DNA of 64,000 nucleotides from Candidatus Parcubacteria bacterium (GTDB taxonomy: Bacteria; Patescibacteriota; Saccharimonadia; Saccharimonadales; 2-12-FULL-41-12): assembly GCA_019347895.1 (NCBI GenBank), contig JAHWKM010000002.1, positions 8,565-72,564 on the forward strand, in the 5' to 3' direction. The notes under the pieces are model-generated. The model worked only from the letters and a program-made list of their open reading frames with translations. It made no database searches and was not told the DNA's origin. The position numbers were made by a program, and so were the translations under genes. Of this stretch, positions 7,790-17,497 are shown in pieces (the first letter of the stretch is position 1; every line of letters starts with the position of its first letter).

Positions 7790-8674
7790 ATGAATAAAAA
7801 TATTGATGATTATATAGTTTGGACGGCGGTGGTTACGCCGATGAATGATGGCGGCAGTATTGACTGGGAAAGTTTCGAGAAGCTACTAAAAACCCAAGAG
7901 ACGGCCGGCAATGCTATTACCATTCTTGGCAGCACAGGCGAAGCGCTTAATCTAGACTTAGACGAGAGAAAAGCCATATTGGACTTCGCTACTAATTTAA
8001 ACCTCAAGGTTCCAATGATGGCAGGTGTAGGCGGTATAAACCTGAACGAACAATCGGCTTGGATCAAGCATTTAAATACCTTAAATATTGATGCTTATCT
8101 TTTGGTGGTTCCTCTTTATTCTAAGCCGGGCGTTCATGGCCAGTACGGCTGGTTTAAGCAGCTTATGGATTTGAGCCAGAAACCCTGCGTGCTGTATAAC
8201 GTGCCGGGTCGAACGGCTAAAATTTTAGAATATGAAACACTTAAAATGCTAAGCAATCATCCCAAATTTTGGGCTATAAAAGAAGCTAGCGGCTCGGTGG
8301 AAGAATTTAAAAAATACGCTGAGACCGCGCCGAATGCGCATATGATGAGCGGCGACGATGCCATGCTTCCGGCTTTCGCCCCGCTCGGCGCTAAAGGCGT
8401 TGTTTCAGTTTTGAGTAATGTCTGGCCCGAAGCCACGCATGAATACGCCCGGCAATGCGTTGAAGGGACATTCAAAGACAAAGACGTCTGGGAGAGGGCA
8501 GTTAGTGCGCTGTTTTGCGCCAGCAACCCCATACCCGCCAAAGCAGCGCTTTATGACCAAGGAAAAATCAAATCGCCAACTTTGCGGCTGCCGTTGAGCA
8601 TAAAAGACATGCCGGATATTGAGATTGTCCGAAATGCCGACAAGGAAATTAACGCCTGGTTAAGTCAAAGCTAA
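7790..8674 (+). CDS. dapA: 4-hydroxy-tetrahydrodipicolinate synthase (DapA)
   Basis: 294 aa. VTPM, GSTGE, YNVPGRT and IKEASG motifs, the last carrying the Schiff-base Lys context. Confidence 0.9.
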   Translation: MNKNIDDYIVWTAVVTPMNDGGSIDWESFEKLLKTQETAGNAITILGSTGEALNLDLDERKAILDFATNLNLKVPMMAGVGGINLNEQSAWIKHLNTLNIDAYLLVVPLYSKPGVHGQYGWFKQLMDLSQKPCVLYNVPGRTAKILEYETLKMLSNHPKFWAIKEASGSVEEFKKYAETAPNAHMMSGDDAMLPAFAPLGAKGVVSVLSNVWPEATHEYARQCVEGTFKDKDVWERAVSALFCASNPIPAKAALYDQGKIKSPTLRLPLSIKDMPDIEIVRNADKEINAWLSQS

Positions 8675-10866
8675 TTAGCGCTTAGTTTTCGAAGTAGCTG
8701 CAATACGTCAGATACGCCGCTGATCTGGTAGCGGGCTTCGGTCTCTTCCAAGCCGATCTTGATGGTAAACGAATCTTCCGGAAGTGATCTGAACATATCC
8801 TCATCCGTATAATCATCGCCGATACAAAGTACAAAATCAGGCTTATGGATAGCAAACATATCCTCGGCCACGAAACCTTTGTTGATGCTTTTGGGTTTTA
8901 TTTCAATTATTTTTCTGCCGCTATATATGCCGAATTCGGTGTTGGCCAGCAGTTGGTTTAACTCATACTCAATACCGGCATTGCGCGCGTGCGCCAGCTC
9001 GACCAATACATTCCGGTAATGCCAAACTATAGCGAATTCTTTTTCTTCAATTCTGGCTCCCGGCGTGCGGTCTAGATAGCGCTTCAAAATATTAATAATA
9101 TTTTCCCGAAGGCCGTTTAGTGATATGTCCGGTCTCGACCACTCATTTTCAGACTTTATCCAACCGCCATGTTCAGCCGCCAGTGAAACATCCAGATCGC
9201 CAAACCAGCTCTCCAGAACCCCCCTTGGCCGGCCGCTGACTATACAAACTTCATTATTGTTTATAGCTGCCAGATTCTTAATCAAATCTTTTAAAGCTTT
9301 GGTCGGATTAGCCCGCTTGGAATCATAGCTGGAAACAATATTTCGAAGTGAGCCGTCGTAATCCAAAAGCAACAACCGCTTTTTAGACTTGCCATAAGCC
9401 TGCAGGAGCTTTTGTTCCGCTTCTTTATTAAGCATTTTTTCGCCGCCCCTATGCTGCCAGCTTTTTGACTCCTCCAGCTGTTCGGCAAAATCTTCGCTCC
9501 ACCGGGCTACCGTGTATTTCGAAATTCGCCGCTGCATTGATTTTATTTTTTGTATTTGGGTTTTCTCAGGCATATTCAAGGCAGTCTCTATGGCATTAAC
9601 AATTTGGCTAATATCATTGGGGTTAATCCTTATAGCTTCCGGCAATTCATCAACAGCGCCCGCCATCTCGCTTAAGATCAAAACACCGGGTTTATGCTGT
9701 TTGGTAGCCACGTATTCTTTAGCGACTAAATTCATGCCATCGCGAAGCGGAGTAAGAAGAGCGACATCAGAAACCCAAAAAAGAGCCGCTACTTCCTCAA
9801 ACGGCAAGTTTTTAAACTGGTAGGATATCGGCGACCAATCAACCGTGCCGTAACGGCCGTTTATACGGCTGATCTTTTTTTCTATTTCATTTCGAAGGTC
9901 TTTATAAGTTTGGACTTCGGTCCTTGAAGGCACAGCCACCACTACTAAAACTATTTTTTTGATCCAGTCGGGATTATCCTTCAAAAAAAGCTCAAAGGCT
10001 TCCAGCCGCTGAAAAATTCCCTTTGAGTAATCCAGCCGGTCCATAGACAATATAATTTTCTTGCCGTCATGATACTTTTCCAGCGACATAATTTGCTTTT
10101 TGGTTTTTTCGTCCTCTGTAACTTTGGCAAATTTTTTATAATCAATACCTATAGGGAAGGCGTCGACTTTGACGATCCTTCTGCCAATATTTATAAGCCC
10201 GTGTTTATTTTCTACGCCTAAAATTCTAAGTGTGCTGCTTAAAAAATGTCTGGCATAGTCATATACTTGGAAACCTATAAGATCCGCGCCTAATAAACCT
10301 TGCAAAATTTCCGCGCGCTGCGGTAGCAATCGGTATATTTCATATGATGGAAATGGCGTGTGTAAAAAGAATCCAATGCGGGAATCCGGCAGGCTAGAAC
10401 GAAGCAAACGGGGCAACAGCATCAGCTGGTAGTCGTGTATCCAGACCATGCTGTCTTTGTCCGAATTTTTTAGAACTACCTTTTTGAATATGTCATTAAC
10501 TTCTTTGTACCCGCTCCAGTAAGTTGTGTGGTGTTTTACCTGGGATTGAAAATAATGAAATAGCGGCCAGATTGTTTCATTGCAGTAGCCGTCGTAATAT
10601 TTTTCTATTTGTTTTTTACTGAGAAAAACAGGAAAGCAATCCAGTTCTTTGAGCTTTTTAGTAATCTGGGCCTTTTCAGCGGCGGATAGGTCATCGGTAG
10701 CAATACCGGGCCAGCCAATCCAAAGTCTATTGCTGTGATTAGTCGGCAGGCTGGACATAGCGGTGGCTAATCCGCCGGAACTGAGCGTAAATTGAAGTTT
10801 GTCTCCTTTTTTTGAGACGCGGACGGGAAGACGATTGGAAACTATCAATAATTTTTTTTCAGCCAA
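8671..10866 (-). CDS. otsA: Bifunctional trehalose-6-phosphate synthase/phosphatase (GT20 OtsA fused to HAD OtsB)
   Basis: 731 aa. N-terminus LLIVSNRLPV and GFFLHTPFP (GT20). C-terminal LLLDYDGSL and GDDYTDEDMF (HAD trehalose phosphatase). Confidence 0.85.
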   Translation of the reverse strand: MAEKKLLIVSNRLPVRVSKKGDKLQFTLSSGGLATAMSSLPTNHSNRLWIGWPGIATDDLSAAEKAQITKKLKELDCFPVFLSKKQIEKYYDGYCNETIWPLFHYFQSQVKHHTTYWSGYKEVNDIFKKVVLKNSDKDSMVWIHDYQLMLLPRLLRSSLPDSRIGFFLHTPFPSYEIYRLLPQRAEILQGLLGADLIGFQVYDYARHFLSSTLRILGVENKHGLINIGRRIVKVDAFPIGIDYKKFAKVTEDEKTKKQIMSLEKYHDGKKIILSMDRLDYSKGIFQRLEAFELFLKDNPDWIKKIVLVVVAVPSRTEVQTYKDLRNEIEKKISRINGRYGTVDWSPISYQFKNLPFEEVAALFWVSDVALLTPLRDGMNLVAKEYVATKQHKPGVLILSEMAGAVDELPEAIRINPNDISQIVNAIETALNMPEKTQIQKIKSMQRRISKYTVARWSEDFAEQLEESKSWQHRGGEKMLNKEAEQKLLQAYGKSKKRLLLLDYDGSLRNIVSSYDSKRANPTKALKDLIKNLAAINNNEVCIVSGRPRGVLESWFGDLDVSLAAEHGGWIKSENEWSRPDISLNGLRENIINILKRYLDRTPGARIEEKEFAIVWHYRNVLVELAHARNAGIEYELNQLLANTEFGIYSGRKIIEIKPKSINKGFVAEDMFAIHKPDFVLCIGDDYTDEDMFRSLPEDSFTIKIGLEETEARYQISGVSDVLQLLRKLSAN

Positions 10867-10953
10867 ATGAAACTTACCTTGCTTAAAACCCCTGCGGAGT
10901 CACTAGAGTTATTATTGCATAGTTCAAACCGATATATAAACACGAATAGCGTT

Positions 10954-11637
10954 TTATTGCTGGTACTTTTTCACAACCTCTGGATATTTTTGCCGGTAAT
11001 CTTCGCTAAATTCGCAAGTTTCCTGGCATTCAGGAACCCAATATTCCAAACCTCTTTTCTTGGAACCGTAAAGAAAGCCGCCCTTACCGCCGCGTCCTTC
11101 GTAACCAATAGTGGTCACTATGTATTTGTCATCCGACTCACCGCCAACAAACTTATCCTGGGAATAGGCCTCAATATGAATGGCTGCAAAAGTATTAGGA
11201 TGGTAATCAACCATTGGATTAACCAGCTTGTCCATCAACTCTTGTTTTTCCTTATCAGAGAATAAACCTTCGGGTTCGAAAACAACTATAGTTTTTTGCT
11301 CTTCAGGTTCTTTTTTATCAAGCGTTGGAACTTTGTCGCTAGTTGATGCAGCCTCTTTACTTAAGGCAGGCTCGGTATTGAGCGCTGGAGCTTCTGACAT
11401 GGGAACTATAACCTCATTATTGTAATCATGGGCACTATCTTGTTCAGCTTTTAGAATATAACTGAGGCTTACTAAGCTGACTATCACCAAAATAATTGAA
11501 GCAGGAGCTATCACTTTAGACTTAAACTTAAACTTCCTGGTTTTGGATGCAGGGCCCAGAGTTTCAACTGTAGCTGCGCGGTGATCGCGCGGCGGATCAA
11601 TGCTAGTTTTATTCATATATGCTTGTAGTTTTAACAT
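10954..11637 (-). CDS. Hypothetical membrane-anchored protein (227 aa)
   Basis: Single TM helix (APASIILVIVSLVSLSYIL) followed by a Ser/Glu/Pro-rich linker and a C-terminal domain. Confidence 0.5.
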   Translation of the reverse strand: MLKLQAYMNKTSIDPPRDHRAATVETLGPASKTRKFKFKSKVIAPASIILVIVSLVSLSYILKAEQDSAHDYNNEVIVPMSEAPALNTEPALSKEAASTSDKVPTLDKKEPEEQKTIVVFEPEGLFSDKEKQELMDKLVNPMVDYHPNTFAAIHIEAYSQDKFVGGESDDKYIVTTIGYEGRGGKGGFLYGSKKRGLEYWVPECQETCEFSEDYRQKYPEVVKKYQQ

Positions 11638-11675
11638 TATACACTAGTAAAAGCATAAAATTAACTTTAAGCGGC

Positions 11676-13286
11676 TTATAATAATTTTTTCTTTAGGTTT
11701 GAAAAGGCTAAAATAGCTTCGTTCCGCCACTCCCATAAACCATAAAATAGCGCGCCGATTATACCGCCGACAGCTAGAAATAATCCTTGCTTACCAGCTG
11801 TAGATGCCGGAATATCCTGCACTGGTTTCTGGCCACTAGTGTTAAGAATACTGGCGACATTTCGGCAGCGGTTTGTTTGAGGATTGCGTTCCTTACCTTT
11901 TGCACAAGGTTTTAGTCCGGAGCCGGAAGTGGATTTTTTACAGCGGTTGGTTTTTGGATTGCGAATTTGATCAGCGGCGCACGGCTTTAAACCGGCGTCG
12001 GAAGCAGACTTTTTGCAACGGTTGGTTTGAGGATTTCTAAACTGATCTGGCGCACAGGCTTTAAGAACTGATGACAAGCTGGCCAGGTTACGGCAGCGGT
12101 TGGTTTCGGGGTTGCGAGTTTTGCCGGGAGCGCAGGGCGCGAGACCAGTTGTGGCGGTAATGATATTACAACGGTTCGTTTCAAGATTTCGCAATTGCCC
12201 TTCGGGACAAGGCTTGAATTTTATAAGTTCATTAACGTCGTTCGGCGTAAGCATAAATGTTTCAGCAAAACCACTAGAAAATAACGACCAAGAAGCATCG
12301 TCGCCTAAACCGCCAGGATATTCAACAGTTGATATTTCTGCGTCATTAGTGTTAATCAAATAAACCGTCCCGCCGGCAGAATTGGCAAGCGTAAGACCCG
12401 TTTCATCATTATAAAACGCCCTGTATTGACCCGGTGCTAAATTCTGCTGATCCAATACATACGACTTTGAGTTAGCCGTGGTTTCCAGGCCGCAGCCCTC
12501 AAGCAAAATAGATTCACTGGCCGGATTATGCAGCTCAATAAACTCCTTTCCCGCGTCAGCCCCGGCCGGATTAGGCAAAACCTCCGAAATAATAATCCCC
12601 TCACAGTTATTCGACTCAATAGGCTGTTCTTCTATCTCCTCGTTTGGTATATAGCCGCCAGTCACTGGATCAATCGGCAATGTTGGGGTCGAAAAAATTT
12701 CTCCCGCAGCATACAAAGGATTATCCGGTAAAATCCTTTTTACCGAATAACCGGCTGAGATTTCAGATGTTTTCGGCCAACTTTGGATTTGGTTCGCGCT
12801 ACCCCAGCCAATTTGATCCATAACGATACCTGCATCATCAACCAGCCTTACGTGGCCGCCGCTTTTAGCTAGCAAACCCGATGCAGCAGTGCTGCTTTGC
12901 CCAAAAAAAATGTCAGCATTTTGCATGTAGTTAACATAACTTACAAGCACATAGCCGCCCGTTATTATGACACCGTCAAAGGTAGCCAGAGTACGAGTTG
13001 GCGCAACCTGGAGGTTGCCACTATGGCCAGCTGAAAGATATTCTAGCCGCCAACCAGATAGACTTATTTCTGTATCTTCTGAGGCATTATGCAATTCAAT
13101 AAATTCCTGCTTGCCATCTTCAATCTCGCAAATTGTTGCCTCGACAGTCTTCCACTGTAAGCAGCCACCCGTCTGAACTTCGCTTATTACCACCGAGCTG
13201 CTAGACAATACTTGAGCTGAAATATTAAAAGCAGGCAACAGAATTGAAATAGCAAAAATAAACAATAAACCAAAGGTTTTTAACAT
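11676..13286 (-). CDS. Lamin-tail-domain (LTD) surface protein with five Cys-bracketed RNPxTNRC repeats and a C-terminal TM anchor
   Basis: Signal peptide. Two FIELHN LTD signatures. Repeats CxxxxxRN(P/L)xTNRC at aa 360-476 (nt 11859-12209). C-terminal hydrophobic helix. Confidence 0.65.
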   Translation of the reverse strand: MLKTFGLLFIFAISILLPAFNISAQVLSSSSVVISEVQTGGCLQWKTVEATICEIEDGKQEFIELHNASEDTEISLSGWRLEYLSAGHSGNLQVAPTRTLATFDGVIITGGYVLVSYVNYMQNADIFFGQSSTAASGLLAKSGGHVRLVDDAGIVMDQIGWGSANQIQSWPKTSEISAGYSVKRILPDNPLYAAGEIFSTPTLPIDPVTGGYIPNEEIEEQPIESNNCEGIIISEVLPNPAGADAGKEFIELHNPASESILLEGCGLETTANSKSYVLDQQNLAPGQYRAFYNDETGLTLANSAGGTVYLINTNDAEISTVEYPGGLGDDASWSLFSSGFAETFMLTPNDVNELIKFKPCPEGQLRNLETNRCNIITATTGLAPCAPGKTRNPETNRCRNLASLSSVLKACAPDQFRNPQTNRCKKSASDAGLKPCAADQIRNPKTNRCKKSTSGSGLKPCAKGKERNPQTNRCRNVASILNTSGQKPVQDIPASTAGKQGLFLAVGGIIGALFYGLWEWRNEAILAFSNLKKKLL

Positions 13287-13393
13287 CAGTCCCTCAAAGT
13301 TAATCCATTTAAACTACTGCCAAAACAATAAGTCTGTCAAGCACCAGCATAATAGTCTGTCTAAAAATACAACAATAAAACTGTCCCGAAATC

Positions 13394-13415
13394 TGTCCGA
13401 TCGGACATAAAACGG
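13394..13415. repeat. Family D palindrome TGTCCGATCGGACA+TAAAACGG
   Basis: Exact 14-nt palindrome. The same 22-mer recurs at 13962-13983, with variants at 45106-45141 and 35495-35549. Confidence 0.7.
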
Positions 13416-13439
13416 TACAAAAATGTTTCGGCTAAAGAT

Positions 13440-13976
13440 TTAAATTCGGTGAGCTTCGAAGACTTGAACGAAATTTTCTAACTTATTTTGTTTAATCTCA
13501 GATTTTAAATATTCACGCGAATCAAAAGTTGAGATCCAGACACTTTTTTGAACTTGGGAAAAAGCAAGTTCCCTTAGTAAAATTCTCAGCTGTCTTCTTT
13601 TAGATCGATCTTTTTCAGGGATATCAAAAATAACCATAAGGCTAGAGTTCTCAAGCTTTTCCGGACTAAATGGCATTAATTTGGACTGGCCTTTATTTGT
13701 TAGGCGCGGATTTTTGCCGTTCGCACTGAATTCAATTAAGCCATTTTTAACGGCGCGATAGTAAGTTGATCTGATAGCTTTTTTATTTATTTTGATCCGA
13801 TCGAGTTTTTCCAAGTCATTAAAAAACTGATTTGGCTTGAATGTTAATTTCACATTTGCTTCGGTGTAGGGAATAAGTCCGGCAAGTATATAATGTAGCG
13901 GCGATCTGTATTTTTTACCCAATCTATCATACTCACTCATAAATTTTATTGTACCAAAATATGTCCGATCGGACAT
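13440..13976 (-). CDS. PaaX-like/Cas2-fold putative transcriptional regulator (start may be the internal ATG at 13940)
   Basis: N-terminal wHTH-like region. Central VIFDIPEKDRSKRRQLRILLRELAFSQVQKSVWIS resembles the PaaX/Cas2-like core. A family D palindrome overlaps the annotated start. Confidence 0.4.
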   Translation of the reverse strand: MSDRTYFGTIKFMSEYDRLGKKYRSPLHYILAGLIPYTEANVKLTFKPNQFFNDLEKLDRIKINKKAIRSTYYRAVKNGLIEFSANGKNPRLTNKGQSKLMPFSPEKLENSSLMVIFDIPEKDRSKRRQLRILLRELAFSQVQKSVWISTFDSREYLKSEIKQNKLENFVQVFEAHRI

Positions 13977-13983
13977 AAAACGT
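13962..13983. promoter_or_regulatory. Family D palindrome at the 5' end of the PaaX-like gene (candidate operator)
   Basis: TGTCCGATCGGACATAAAACG identical to 13394-13414. Overlaps the ORF-track start codon, or lies 22 nt upstream of the alternative ATG at 13940. Confidence 0.45.
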
Positions 13984-14128
13984 AACAGTTTTTATTATTT
14001 TGAGATGGAAAAGGTTTTGAGTATTAGGAAGGCTTGGGTAAACGGACTGTAGGGGGAGAGTTTGGGGTAGGCTGTTGCAGGGAAGGTGTTTTTTGGCTAC
14101 AATTTATGGAAATAATCAGGGAGAAATT

Positions 14129-15016
14129 ATGAATTCAGACCAGGCAGCAAAGATTCGCGAGGGGAAAGGGTTTGTGGCAGCACTTGACCAAAGCGGCGGT
14201 TCTACGCCAAAGGCTTTAAAGCTTTACGGAATTGACGAAGACCAATACAGCTCCGAGGAGGAAATGTTCGACCTTATCCACGCTATGCGCAGCCGGATAA
14301 TTACCAGCCCGGCCTTTAGCGGCGAACGCATAGTAGGAGCAATTTTATTTGAAATGACCATGGACCGTCAGATTGAAGGCATACCGACTGCCCAATACTT
14401 ATGGGAAAGGAAAAATGTCGTGCCATTTTTAAAAGTTGATAAAGGCTTGGCCGAGGAAGCCGACGGCGTGCAATTGATGAAGCCGATTCCAGAGCTTGAT
14501 GTTTTGCTGCAGCGCGCCGCGGGCGGCGGTATTTTCGGCACCAAAATGCGCAGCGTTATAAAACTGGCAAATCCGGCAGGCGTAAAAGCCCTAGCCGACC
14601 AGCAATTCGAGATAGGAAAACAAATTATCGGTCAGGGGCTGGTGCCAATCATCGAACCGGAAATAGATATCAACAGCCCCGAGAAAGCCGAAGCAGAAAA
14701 TTTGCTTAAAACCGAAATTTTGGCTCAGCTTAATAATTTGAGCGAAAGTGATTCACTCATGCTGAAGCTCACCTTGCCAAATTCAGCCGGTTTTTATAAG
14801 GAATTAGTTGATCATCCGAGAGTACTTAAGGTCGTAGCGTTATCCGGCGGCTACACCAGAGACGAGGCCAATGCCAAATTGGCACAGAATCCGGGCGTGA
14901 TTGCCAGCTTTTCGCGGGCCCTAACTGAAGGCTTGTCGGCCCGTCAATCGGACGAAGAATTTAATTCAGTTCTCGATTCCTCCATCGAAAGCATCTACCG
15001 GGCTTCTATCGCTTAA
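14129..15016 (+). CDS. fba: Fructose-bisphosphate aldolase, class I (staphylococcal Fda type)
   Basis: [38 protein letters not shown] and LVPIIEPE, collinear with class-I bacterial aldolases. GGGAG SD before the ATG at 14129 (ORF track starts earlier, at 14075). Confidence 0.9.
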   Translation: MNSDQAAKIREGKGFVAALDQSGGSTPKALKLYGIDEDQYSSEEEMFDLIHAMRSRIITSPAFSGERIVGAILFEMTMDRQIEGIPTAQYLWERKNVVPFLKVDKGLAEEADGVQLMKPIPELDVLLQRAAGGGIFGTKMRSVIKLANPAGVKALADQQFEIGKQIIGQGLVPIIEPEIDINSPEKAEAENLLKTEILAQLNNLSESDSLMLKLTLPNSAGFYKELVDHPRVLKVVALSGGYTRDEANAKLAQNPGVIASFSRALTEGLSARQSDEEFNSVLDSSIESIYRASIA

Positions 15017-15030
15017 CCAAGCAACCAGGT

Positions 15031-16014
15031 TTAAGTATCGTAGCGATATTTTTGATACTTGTTAACTATTTTCTTATCGCCAAAAACAAAAGGTACTCTC
15101 TCGTGCAGTTCATCAGGTGCCACTTCCATGGCATTCTCATTGTTTATCAAGGCTACACCGCCGGCTTCATGCATTACATGCGCCAAAGGTTTTACTTCAT
15201 ATTGCATGCGCAATTTGCCGATGTAACCACCGTCACTACTAACGGCGGGGTAAAGAAAGATTCCGCCTTTTAGTAAAGTTCTGTGGAAATCAGCTACTAA
15301 AGCTCCGATATACCGGCTGGATCCGCCGTTTTTAACCAGTTTGTCGATTGCCTTGGCTTCTGAGCCCCGGAATTTGGTTTTGTTGCCTTCGTTATAGCTA
15401 ATATATTTAGCAGTTTCCGGTATTTTGATATTTTCCTGAGTTAGAATAAATTCGCCGTTATCAGGATCCAGGGTGAATTCATGCACGCCTTTGCCGACAG
15501 TAAATACAAACACTGTGCTCGAGCCATAGAGTACATAACCGCTGGCCAGCTGGGATCGGCCTGGCTGCAAAAAATCAGCTCTAATATCCGCCCAGGAGGG
15601 AAGCACGGAGAAAATCGTACCGACAGTGGCATTGATATCTATATTACTGCTGCCGTCCAATGGATCAAAGGCAACGATAAAACCGGTTGTTCTGCCCCCG
15701 GAAACATCTACGACATCTTTTTCTTCTTCACTGGCCAGACCGACGATTTGCTCATTTTCAGATAAAATTGATTTAACAATCTCATTGCTTCGGTCATCCA
15801 ACTTTTGGACCTCTTCAGCATGTATATTTTTCCCGCCGGCGGCACCATGTAAATCCAACAGCCCGCTGCGCTGCACTTCGTGGGCGATTTTCTTGCCGGC
15901 GTCGGCAATGTCGGAAATTACTAAATTGAGCTCAGCCTGGATGTTACTGTCTCGCAAATGTGATAGAAGGTAGTGTGATAGTGTCAATTTGTCGCCTCTT
16001 ATAATAGTTGACAT
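15031..16014 (-). CDS. fbp: Fructose-1,6-bisphosphatase, class I
   Basis: 327 aa. SEEE, FDPLDGSSNID and GKLRMQYEVKP motifs. Confidence 0.85.
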   Translation of the reverse strand: MSTIIRGDKLTLSHYLLSHLRDSNIQAELNLVISDIADAGKKIAHEVQRSGLLDLHGAAGGKNIHAEEVQKLDDRSNEIVKSILSENEQIVGLASEEEKDVVDVSGGRTTGFIVAFDPLDGSSNIDINATVGTIFSVLPSWADIRADFLQPGRSQLASGYVLYGSSTVFVFTVGKGVHEFTLDPDNGEFILTQENIKIPETAKYISYNEGNKTKFRGSEAKAIDKLVKNGGSSRYIGALVADFHRTLLKGGIFLYPAVSSDGGYIGKLRMQYEVKPLAHVMHEAGGVALINNENAMEVAPDELHERVPFVFGDKKIVNKYQKYRYDT

Positions 16015-16045
16015 TATACGGCATGTTTTCTGCCGAGACTATGGA

Positions 16046-17497
16046 TTATTCAACAACACTCGGCGAGCCAAGGAAATCATGCCGGGTCCGCCGCCAAATA
16101 TAAATAATAAACACTAAAATTGCGCAGTAGCTGGCAATCATGGCCGCCAAAGAAAAATCAGTCTCAGCCAAAGCTATCGGCAGTATGGCCAGTTTGTCGA
16201 CTACGGTTGTCATATACGAAAGTAGGGCATTTGCCGGCCAGCCAAAAATTGTCAGGGTTCCGAAGGCCAGGCTAAATGAACCGGCGAAAAAAGTCAGCAG
16301 CATTGTTAGCGGAATAAACAAAAGTATAAGCAAGTTCGCCGGCAGTGCCAGGGCGGAGTATTGATTGAAAATATAGGCAATTAGCGGAGCAGTCATGATC
16401 TGGGCCGAAAGCGTTTCCAAAAATACCTGATGGATGGGGTTAACTTTTTTAATTTTACCCCAAAAATAATGAAGCAAGAGCGGCGAAACGATAATGACGC
16501 CCGCGAAGGCCGTAAACGATAAGTACCAGCCGATATCGCCCCAGATATAGGCAGGATTGAGCATGGCCGTTACAGCCGCCGCAAAACCCAGAAGAATTAT
16601 CGGATGAATCCGCCGCCCGAAGTACCAGGCCGCTAAACTCAAACCGGTAATAAGCGCCGCTCGCGACATCGACGGACTAAAACCGGTGACCAATACAAAG
16701 CTGAATACCAGCAGGCTTGTGACTAGTGTGGCCAGGTATTTGGAGATTCTGGCAAAAGCCCGCCGGGCAAAACGAACCAAAATTGTTAAGTTATAGCCGC
16801 TGGCTACAACAATATGGGTTAACCCCAGCAATTTTAAGTTATTGTCCAAATCTTCTGGCAGGGTAGAGTGCTGGCCGGTTAAATATCCTATACCAAGCGA
16901 AGCTTCCGGCTCGGGAATGACCTTTCTAACTCCGTCGGCAAACCAGTCGCGAACTTCTCGTGCAATATCCGCATGCTCCACCTGCAAGATTTGCTTCAAA
17001 TCCGCCCTGAACATGACGGCCGCGAAGCTTCCAAAGCCTTCGCTTAGCAGACCGCTAAATACCACCGTGTCGCTGCGTTTTATTTCCGTATTATCTGATG
17101 TGCTGACCCAGACAGTACCGTTCACAGACTGATTTTCTATTTGTATATTTTTGAGTTTTACCCTTTGGTCGCCATCGGTTGAAAAAGCTGTATCCTCAGC
17201 CACAGTTCCCTGCAAAACAACCCGCTCGCCAATATAGGCCTCATAAGCTTGTTCTGATAAAATCGTAACTGATCCGCGCCATAAGCCTAAAATAAGCCCG
17301 GCCGCAATCGCCAGAATTATTATTTTTCGGGATCGATTCATAAACACCACACACAAGAGTGCCAAAGCGGCAATCAGCCAGGAGATATGCGAAAAATAGT
17401 TGCCGGCAACTAACGCCAGGGCTATACCTCCAAGACAGCCAAACGATATCCAAAAGATTAGCCAAGCGGGATGCCTTTTTAGATTATTAGTTTGCAT
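16046..17497 (-). CDS. comEC: ComEC/Rec2-family DNA-uptake channel protein
   Basis: 483 aa polytopic membrane protein with an OB-like periplasmic insert and the conserved competence-domain layout (LTGQHSTLPEDL..., GLTHIVVASGYNLT). Confidence 0.75.
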   Translation of the reverse strand: MQTNNLKRHPAWLIFWISFGCLGGIALALVAGNYFSHISWLIAALALLCVVFMNRSRKIIILAIAAGLILGLWRGSVTILSEQAYEAYIGERVVLQGTVAEDTAFSTDGDQRVKLKNIQIENQSVNGTVWVSTSDNTEIKRSDTVVFSGLLSEGFGSFAAVMFRADLKQILQVEHADIAREVRDWFADGVRKVIPEPEASLGIGYLTGQHSTLPEDLDNNLKLLGLTHIVVASGYNLTILVRFARRAFARISKYLATLVTSLLVFSFVLVTGFSPSMSRAALITGLSLAAWYFGRRIHPIILLGFAAAVTAMLNPAYIWGDIGWYLSFTAFAGVIIVSPLLLHYFWGKIKKVNPIHQVFLETLSAQIMTAPLIAYIFNQYSALALPANLLILLFIPLTMLLTFFAGSFSLAFGTLTIFGWPANALLSYMTTVVDKLAILPIALAETDFSLAAMIASYCAILVFIIYIWRRTRHDFLGSPSVVE

